DNA from: an uncultured Gemmatimonadaceae bacterium
GTDB taxonomy: Bacteria > Gemmatimonadota > Gemmatimonadetes > Gemmatimonadales > Gemmatimonadaceae
Assembly (NCBI GenBank): GCA_963829055.1
Contig: CAWHHI010000005.1
Coordinates: 1 to 64,000 of the forward strand
Length of the DNA stretch: 64,000 nt
Direction of reading: 5' to 3'
Shown here: one piece after another, positions 54,722-61,443 of the stretch
Layout of the letters: the number at the start of each line of letters is the position of its first letter
Position numbering within the stretch: the stretch's first letter is position 1
Notes under the pieces: generated by a model
Seen by the model: only the letters and a program-made list of their open reading frames with translations
Databases searched by the model: none
What the model was told of the DNA's origin: nothing
Translations under genes and position numbers: made by a program

Positions 54722-57075
54722 AGGGTAGCACGCAGCTGCGACCTCACCGCGCCGGAAATTTCATTCATCTCGCTCAGGATTCGGCCGACGCGCGGGTGCG
54801 CGCGCAGACTCTCGAGCGTCGGATCGTATCGCAGGTACACGAGCGCTGGATGGCGCTCGGCGTACGCGCGGTCGAGCCAATCGAGGGCCCGGGTGGTGTC
54901 GCCGATCAGCGTCCACAGCTTGGCGATGCGGAACGGGTCGGGAGCGCCCTCCGTCTGCCGGAGATCCATGTCGAGCCAACTCCGCCAGAAGCCGCGCATG
55001 CCCGAGGCGACATACCCCTTTCGAAGGGCGTCCACTTCGGCAGCGGTCGCTCCGCGCAGCGTCGCGATCCTGACGTACTCCTCCACAGCCTCCTCGAACC
55101 GGTGTTGCTGCAGATATACCTCTGCGGGGCCAGCGGGCAGGAACGGACCGGAGCCGAGAGCGAACGTGTGCACCGGGTCGAGCTTGAGCGCACGGCGGTA
55201 CTGCATCAATGCGCGATCGAGGTCACCAGCAACGCGGTAGTCGCCGGCGAGCAGGACAACGGTCCGCGCATTCAGGGGGTCCAGCTCGACCGCCCGCTCG
55301 CGTGCGGCGACCGCATCATCGAAGCGGCCCATCGCGCGCATGTAGTTCGCGAGGTGATGGTAGGCGTGCGCGTCATTCGGATTCAGCTCGATCGCGCGGC
55401 GCAGCGCCTGCTCGGCACCCTTCCAGTCCCAATCGAAGAACAACTTGATGATCCCGAGATTCACGTGGGCCTCGCCAAGGGCGGGGTCGAGCTCGAGGGC
55501 GCGGGCCGTGAGGGCGCGAACCTCGGGCGTGCCCTCCCTGGAAGACACGTGTCCGAGCATGATCTGCGGTGCGACGACGCTCGCCTTCGCGGCGTAGGCG
55601 AGCGCAAAGCCGGGCTCCCGTGCGATGGCGCGATCGAAGAGATCCTTCGCCTGCCGCAGGGCATCCGCCGTCAGGCTGTTTCGAAGGTAGAGGCCGCGCA
55701 GGTAGAGGTCGTAGGCCTGCAGATCGGGCAACGGCCGAGACGCCGGCGCCGCGCCGGCGCGGGCGAGTCGCAGAGCGAGCGCGCCGGCGATCGCGGTCGC
55801 GATCTCGTCCTGCACGGCGATGATGTCCTCCAGCCCACGATCGTATTCGTCCGTCCAGAGGTGATAGCCCGTCGCGGCGTCGATCAGCTGTGCCGTGATC
55901 CGAAGTCGATTGCCGTCCTTTCGTACGCTGCCCTCGAGCACAGCCGCGACGCCCAGCGTATCGCCGATCGCGCGGACATCCAGCGTACCGTCGCGCAGCG
56001 CGAACGAGGATGTGCGAGCGGCCACGCGTAGCCCCTCGATGCGGCTGAGCGATGCGATGATCTGTTCGGTCAGTCCATCGCCGAAGTATCTGTTCTCCGG
56101 ATCGGGACTCATGTTCACGAACGGCAATACGCCCACGGATGACGCGACAGGCGGCGCGGCAAGGCGTGGAGCGGCGATGTTGCGGACGCCGAGGATCGCG
56201 AGCACGAACACGAGCGCGGCGGCCGTCGCGTAACGGACTGTTGCCGGCTTCCGAGCCGTCGGCACGTCTAGGGTCGCCGCAGGAACGAGATCCGAAGCGG
56301 CACTCTGATGTTGCGGCGAGCTGGCTGGGCGAACGACGGCGGGCTGCGTGGCCGTGCGCGCAGGCGGTTCGAGACGCAGACGCTCCGCGAACGTCGTGAT
56401 CTCGGGGTCCGGCTCCGCCTCGAACTCCTCTCGCAGCAGCGCGGCGTGAACGCGCGCATGTCTGAGCGCGCCGGCGCGGTCGCCCGCCGCCTCGAGCGCG
56501 CGCATCAGCCGCAACACCACCCGGCCGTTGTAGGGATCATGAGCGGCTAGCCTCCGCCACCAGCTCACGGCAAGGCCGAACTCGGCGCGCGCTTCACGGG
56601 CTTCCGCCAGTGACTCCAGTGCCGCCGCGTAACGCTGCCCAAGGCGCGCGCGCTCCGCGTCGAGCCAATGATCGAATTCCGCGCTATCCGACAGGTGAAA
56701 GCCGTCCAGCAGCGGACCCGCAAACAGTTCGACCGCGGGCTCGAGCTGTCCTTCGTCGAGCAGCCGCTCGAACGTCCCGGCGTCACTCACCATCGCGTCC
56801 GGATTCAGCGCGAGCTCATCGCCGAACGAGCGGACCACGTCCTCGCCCAGGGCGCTGCGCACGATGTAGAGATCGTCGGACAGCTGGTGGCGTGCGCGGT
56901 CGGTGGGGCTCTCCGGCCAGAGCACCGCGATGAGCTTGTCGCGCGTGACGAGGCGCGAGCGCGCGAGAGCCAGGAATGCCAGCAGCGCGAGGCGGCGGCC
57001 TTGTGCTGCTCGTCCGGTAACCGGCCCGTCGGACCGCTCGATCGAGGCGGCACCGAAGAGCTTGAGCGTCAACAC
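54613..57075 (-). CDS. SARP/BTAD regulator with TM, TolB-like domain and TPRs
   Basis: VLTLKLFG..TRDKLIAVLWPE..GPLLDGF..WLDAER..LAAHDPY; TM; SVGVLPFVN..YFGDGLTE; TPRs (WDWKGAE). Confidence 0.9.
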   Translation of the reverse strand: MLTLKLFGAASIERSDGPVTGRAAQGRRLALLAFLALARSRLVTRDKLIAVLWPESPTDRARHQLSDDLYIVRSALGEDVVRSFGDELALNPDAMVSDAGTFERLLDEGQLEPAVELFAGPLLDGFHLSDSAEFDHWLDAERARLGQRYAAALESLAEAREARAEFGLAVSWWRRLAAHDPYNGRVVLRLMRALEAAGDRAGALRHARVHAALLREEFEAEPDPEITTFAERLRLEPPARTATQPAVVRPASSPQHQSAASDLVPAATLDVPTARKPATVRYATAAALVFVLAILGVRNIAAPRLAAPPVASSVGVLPFVNMSPDPENRYFGDGLTEQIIASLSRIEGLRVAARTSSFALRDGTLDVRAIGDTLGVAAVLEGSVRKDGNRLRITAQLIDAATGYHLWTDEYDRGLEDIIAVQDEIATAIAGALALRLARAGAAPASRPLPDLQAYDLYLRGLYLRNSLTADALRQAKDLFDRAIAREPGFALAYAAKASVVAPQIMLGHVSSREGTPEVRALTARALELDPALGEAHVNLGIIKLFFDWDWKGAEQALRRAIELNPNDAHAYHHLANYMRAMGRFDDAVAARERAVELDPLNARTVVLLAGDYRVAGDLDRALMQYRRALKLDPVHTFALGSGPFLPAGPAEVYLQQHRFEEAVEEYVRIATLRGATAAEVDALRKGYVASGMRGFWRSWLDMDLRQTEGAPDPFRIAKLWTLIGDTTRALDWLDRAYAERHPALVYLRYDPTLESLRAHPRVGRILSEMNEISGAVRSQLRATLSSTSRRCSGSTRATRPATSAATSLARGDGKPRAMD

Positions 57076-57088
57076 GATTGGCGTCGAG

Positions 57089-57127
57089 AGAGAGAAAAAC
57101 GAGAGCGGCGCGAGAATGCCCCGAGAG
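57089..57127. promoter_or_regulatory. 11-bp periodic direct repeats between BTAD regulator and CHRD gene
   Basis: AGAGAG 57089, CGAGAG 57100, CGAGAA 57111, CGAGAG 57122. Confidence 0.55.
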
Positions 57128-57252
57128 CGCCGGTTACCATATGCGCGCGGCACGGGCCGGAGCAAGCTCCGGGCGCGCACTGCTCGCGGCGGGAGACTCG
57201 CGCGGAGCTCCCTGCCATCACACCACCGACACCCCCACCGAGGCACACTTTC

Positions 57253-57762
57253 ATGGTATTCCGTTCCTTGAGGCTCGCCGCATCGCTCACGGTTATCGCC
57301 GCCGGCCTCGCCGCCTGCCGTCAGGAGACGGCGATTCCCGTCGCCGTGCAGACCGTCCGACTCGCCCTGATCGCGGGCGCCGAGCATGGCGGCGCGCCGT
57401 TCTCGACTCCGATGACGCAGGAGGTCACCAGCACGCCACCGTACGCGGGTGACCCCAATGGCACCGGCACGGCTCTCGTCACCGTGAACCACGGCCAGCG
57501 TGAGATCTGCTGGGAGGTATCAGTGTCCGACATCACCCTGCCGGCGACGGCCTCGCACATTCACAAGGCGGCTCCTGGTATCCGCGGCCCGATTGTCGTC
57601 GGCCTCTCGGCCCCGGACGCGGCCGGAAGGTCGGTCGGCTGTGCTTCGGGCCTGGACCAGGCTCTCCTGAGGGACATCCTCACGAACACCGCAGCTTATT
57701 ACGTGAACGTTCACACGACCGATTACCCACCGGGGGCCGTTCGCGGCCAGCTTGGGCACTAG
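57253..57762 (+). CDS. CHRD-domain lipoprotein
   Basis: AAGLAA-C; QEV..GDPNGTGTA..ICW..ASHIHKA..GPIVV..YYVNVHTTDYPPGAVRGQL. Confidence 0.9.
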   Translation: MVFRSLRLAASLTVIAAGLAACRQETAIPVAVQTVRLALIAGAEHGGAPFSTPMTQEVTSTPPYAGDPNGTGTALVTVNHGQREICWEVSVSDITLPATASHIHKAAPGIRGPIVVGLSAPDAAGRSVGCASGLDQALLRDILTNTAAYYVNVHTTDYPPGAVRGQLGH

Positions 57763-57807
57763 CTCCGCTGACTGACGCCGCGCAGCGAATTCGAGCGGCG
57801 GCGCGCT

Positions 57808-57867
57808 TGTCGTTCCGAGCGGAGAGCCGAAAGCCCGCGGGCACCCGGCCGCTCGCTCGGAATGACA
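57808..57867. repeat. REP/MITE-like palindromic element, copy 3 (short)
   Basis: TGTCGTTCCGAGCG (57808-57821)/CGCTCGGAATGACA (57854-57867), one G-T mismatch. Confidence 0.75.
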
Positions 57868-57959
57868 GGCGTTGCGGTCTGACCTGGCCGGACGGCTCGT
57901 AACTGATCGGGCAGTCGCGATCCGCGAGATGGAACTCGCGCACCTTCGCGACGGACCTC

Positions 57960-58210
57960 GCCGCCGTGAACCATCATCTGATGCGAGCCGAGCGTGTGCT
58001 CATGCTGCGTGAGGGACTGAAGAACCGACCGTGGTTCAAGCACTCGCTCTACGCGCCGGGGTTCTACACCGGCTACGGCGTGAAGACGATGCCGGGGATT
58101 CGCGAGGCGATCGAGCAGGGAGAGTGGAGCAACGTGAACGGCGAGATCGCGCGCGTTGCGGAGGCGCTCAACGCGAAGGCCGCGCTGTTGAAGGAGGCAG
58201 CTCGTTGCTC
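57960..58210 (+). pseudogene. C-terminal (TfR-dimer-like) remnant of a glutamate carboxypeptidase II-like M28 peptidase
   Basis: NHHLMRAERVL..EGLKNRPWFKHSLYAPGFYTGYGVKTMPGIREAIE. Confidence 0.7.
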
Positions 58211-58265
58211 GAATCGTGGTGAGACCGACGTGAGTGACGGGTGCGAAATCGGTACCAGGCGCCGG

Positions 58266-58724
58266 TTAACGAACCAGCCGGGGATCAAACCCGAACGGCT
58301 GCACTGATTCGACCACGAGCTGCGGGAACTTTACGTGCTGCGGATTGATCAGGACGTTGTAGCTCCCGTCCACGATCGCGCTTGGCACCGTCAGCACGAG
58401 TGCGCCACCCAATCGGACCCACGCATCTCCGATCGCCTGGACTTCGGGTGGGACTGGAAACGCGCGCCAGCTCCTGGGGAGTTCTGATGCGGGCAGCTCG
58501 TCGACGAGGGGGTCGGGAACGTGCGCGCGGATGAGTGAGTAGCCCGGCAGGGCCGCACCCGCGGTCATGTGGACGAGTACCTCCAGCACCGCGAGCGCGG
58601 AGTTGCTCGAGGCGTAGGCGACGCGCGTCCCGGGGGAGTTCCACCGACCTCCGTGGACGCGGGCTCCCTCGCCGTCGAACGCGGTGGCGGCATACCTGGT
58701 CTTTACCAACCGCCAGAGCTGCAT
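58266..58724 (-). CDS. RES domain toxin (NAD+ phosphorylase family)
   Basis: WRL..DGEGA..GGRWNSPG..Y..LAVLEVLVH..VPSAIV..NVLINPQH. Confidence 0.92.
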   Translation of the reverse strand: MQLWRLVKTRYAATAFDGEGARVHGGRWNSPGTRVAYASSNSALAVLEVLVHMTAGAALPGYSLIRAHVPDPLVDELPASELPRSWRAFPVPPEVQAIGDAWVRLGGALVLTVPSAIVDGSYNVLINPQHVKFPQLVVESVQPFGFDPRLVR

Positions 58725-58727
58725 CGC

Positions 58728-59231
58728 CTAAGTTGGAATCCCGTACTCCAACCGGCCGATGAGATGTTCCACCTCGATTGCGCCGACGTCCGTGGACGCG
58801 AAGTCAAGCGGCGTTCGTCCGCCTAACGCCGTCACCGGGCTCGTCAGCCACCCGCGTGCATCCTCGACGTGCCCCTCGAACAGCTCGATGGCTCGGGCGA
58901 CTACACGGGAAAGACGGGCGAGGCGATCAGACTCGTCAGGCTCGAGCCGCCCGCTCTCCTTTCTTCTCGCGAGGGTACGTTCGGGGATTTCCGCCGCCTC
59001 GGCCAGCACGCGATACGGAAGCTCCGTGTTCCGCTGTAAGCGCTCGAAAGCCGAGTACGCGAACCCGCGTCGGATCTGCTCCATGACGTGGAGCGCGTCA
59101 TACCGGCGCAACCCGAACAGGGCGACGTAGTAGTGTCCATCGCGCCTGCCGGACCTGACCCGGTTCCAGAGCTCCGCGATGTCGGGAGCGATCTTTTCGG
59201 CGGATTGTGCCGCGGATTCTCGCGCTGCCAT
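58728..59231 (-). CDS. Xre/MbcA/ParS-type antitoxin
   Basis: IPERTLARRK..RLEPDESDRLARL..ARGWL..ALGGRTPL..IGRLEYG; 3 nt upstream of the RES gene. Confidence 0.92.
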   Translation of the reverse strand: MAARESAAQSAEKIAPDIAELWNRVRSGRRDGHYYVALFGLRRYDALHVMEQIRRGFAYSAFERLQRNTELPYRVLAEAAEIPERTLARRKESGRLEPDESDRLARLSRVVARAIELFEGHVEDARGWLTSPVTALGGRTPLDFASTDVGAIEVEHLIGRLEYGIPT

Positions 59232-59267
59232 ATGGCATAATGTATGTCGCCAAACGGCAACGAGCAA
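59226..59267 (-). promoter_or_regulatory. Leaderless promoter and operators of the Xre-RES operon
   Basis: TTGCTC-N17-TACATT-N7-ATG; palindrome TGCCATATGGCA (59226-59237) over the start codon plus degenerate copy CGCCAAACGGCA (59248-59259). Confidence 0.7.
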
Positions 59268-59293
59268 CCATTCTGGAGTCGACGGCGCTGCGC

Positions 59294-60742
59294 CTAGTTC
59301 ATCGCGCGCGGCTTCCCGTCCCCACGGGCGAGCGAGGTCACGGCGTCCCAGTTGAACCGCACGAAGCGATGCAGCTCGCTCTCGAGGATGCGCTCCTGAT
59401 CGCTGTGCGCGCCGAAGCCGCGCGGCCCATCCTCGATGTCGATGGCCGGACCGATGCCGAAGCACTGGATGCCCTTCGCGCGCGTGAACGACATGTCGGT
59501 CGCGCCGGTGCCCATGACCGGGATCGCCGGCACGTTGTACACGCGGCGCACCGATGCCTCGAGCGCCTTGAACGCCTCGGAGTCGAGTCGACTCTCGACG
59601 CCCGTTGGACGGCCGAATGACGGCGACACGCGGACTTCGACCGCCGGGTCGTTGATGACCTTCCTCATCTCCTCGGCGAACCGGTCCGCGTCCTCGTCGG
59701 GGAGCATGCGGACGTCGAGCGTCGCGCGCGCTTCCGACGGGATGACGTTCGAGCGGTACCCGCCGGCGATGACGTTAGGCGACGCCGACGTGCGCAGCAT
59801 CGACGAGTGCCGAGGCTCGTGCTCGTAGAGCCAGTCGTCGGCGGCGCGGCGGACGGCGGAATCCGCGGAGAGCACACCGCGATAATGTTGTGCGACGTCG
59901 GGCGGCGAGATCGCCGCGAGCCGCTCGAAGTACGCGCGCGTCGTCTCGTTGAGCCGGATCTCGGGACGCCACGCGCCGACGCGCGCGACCGCGCCCGCGA
60001 GATGCACGATGGCGTTGGACGCGAGCGGCACCGACCCGTGTCCGGCGATGCCGCGGGCGACGAGCTCGATGCCGCGGCCGCGCTTCTCCAGCGTCTGGAT
60101 GGTCGAGTACTTCACCTGGCCACCGATGCGCGTCGCCCCGCCGCCTTCGGCCAGGCAATACTCGGCCTCGATCTCGGGCAGGTGTTGCTCGGTGACGAAG
60201 CCGATCCCGACGCGCGTGTTCCCCTCCTCTCCCGACTCGGCGAGGAAGATCACGTCGCGGTCGAGCGGGACGTTGAGCCGCTTGAGCAGCAGCATCGTCA
60301 TGAGGCCGGCGGTGACGTTGTCCTTGTCGTCGACGGCGCCGCGCCCGTAGACGTAGCCGCTGTCCCGCGTGGCGGCGAACGGCGGATGCGTCCACTTCGT
60401 GGTGTCCACCGTGACGACGTCGGTGTGCCCCATGATGAGGAGCGGGCGCTTGCGACCGGTCCCCTTGAGGCGAGCGATGACGTTCGAGCGGCTGGAGTCG
60501 AGCGCGACGATCTGCGCGGGGATGCCCTCACGGTCGAACACGGCCTTGAGGTACTCGGCGGCGCGGCGCTCGTTGCCGGGCGGGTTGCGCGTGTCGATCC
60601 TGAGCAGCGCCTGGAAGTGCTCGAGCGTCTCGCGCTCGACGTCGGCCCAGTTGGGTTGGCGCGGAGACTGTTGTGCGCGAGCAGGGGTGGCGGCTGCGAG
60701 CGCGAGGACGATCGACGCAGTGGCGAGGGATATGTGTCTCAT
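59294..60742 (-). CDS. M20/M25/M40 family metallopeptidase, signal peptide
   Basis: MGHTDVV, YGRGAVDDK, GEE, GHGS, GATD, AHSDQERI. Confidence 0.93.
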   Translation of the reverse strand: MRHISLATASIVLALAAATPARAQQSPRQPNWADVERETLEHFQALLRIDTRNPPGNERRAAEYLKAVFDREGIPAQIVALDSSRSNVIARLKGTGRKRPLLIMGHTDVVTVDTTKWTHPPFAATRDSGYVYGRGAVDDKDNVTAGLMTMLLLKRLNVPLDRDVIFLAESGEEGNTRVGIGFVTEQHLPEIEAEYCLAEGGGATRIGGQVKYSTIQTLEKRGRGIELVARGIAGHGSVPLASNAIVHLAGAVARVGAWRPEIRLNETTRAYFERLAAISPPDVAQHYRGVLSADSAVRRAADDWLYEHEPRHSSMLRTSASPNVIAGGYRSNVIPSEARATLDVRMLPDEDADRFAEEMRKVINDPAVEVRVSPSFGRPTGVESRLDSEAFKALEASVRRVYNVPAIPVMGTGATDMSFTRAKGIQCFGIGPAIDIEDGPRGFGAHSDQERILESELHRFVRFNWDAVTSLARGDGKPRAMN

Positions 60743-60858
60743 GAACGAAATGATACGACGCGTGACGGTACACTGACGAGAGTCCGTCAACGTGCGATCG
60801 GAACGGTTGTCGTGACCGCGGTCGCAACCGCGGCGGCCTGCACCGCAGCAACAGCGGA

Positions 60859-61317
60859 TCAGTACTTCACGTCGAACCTGCCCGAGGTGACCTGTTGTTC
60901 CGCCGGCGACGCACCCTCGTGTGCCAGCGTGAACTGGAACGTGCCTGCCAGGTGGCCCGGCGCGGCGGTCGTGAGCGTGATACTGCCGGCTCCGCCCTGG
61001 GTCCTGCTCGCCGCCCACGTTTGCGAGCCGATGATGAGCCCGGCGGCGATTGGCGTTGTAGACCCAACCGTCTGCGTCCCTAGGCCCTGACTGGCCGGGA
61101 TGACGAGCGTGAGCGTAGCAGTGGCATTCGTCCCCCTAACGATGATCAGAGAGGGCGGGGCAGTGTCGGTCGCGATCGACATCGCGCTCCACGCCGCACC
61201 GGCGATACGGGCGGACATGCCGCCGGCATCTGACTTCGCTGGACCGGTCGTGTCGCCGCCGCACGCGGCAAGGAGGACGAGCGCCGCTGCCGCGACGATG
61301 GTGGACGAGTGTCGCAT
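60859..61317 (-). CDS. Small lipoprotein
   Basis: LVLLAA-C GGDTTGP; MSARIAGAAW..GTFQF..VTSGRFDVKY. Confidence 0.8.
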   Translation of the reverse strand: MRHSSTIVAAAALVLLAACGGDTTGPAKSDAGGMSARIAGAAWSAMSIATDTAPPSLIIVRGTNATATLTLVIPASQGLGTQTVGSTTPIAAGLIIGSQTWAASRTQGGAGSITLTTAAPGHLAGTFQFTLAHEGASPAEQQVTSGRFDVKY

Positions 61318-61443
61318 GATTGCCTCTGGGGTGAGAAGACGCGGGTCGTGTCGTTCTCCCGCGTTCGCGTAGGTACTGGGCGGAACCCCGTCGAGCGCAC
61401 AGCGGTCACTCGGTGTTGCGCAGTGCGTGGAGCTGAGTGCCTC

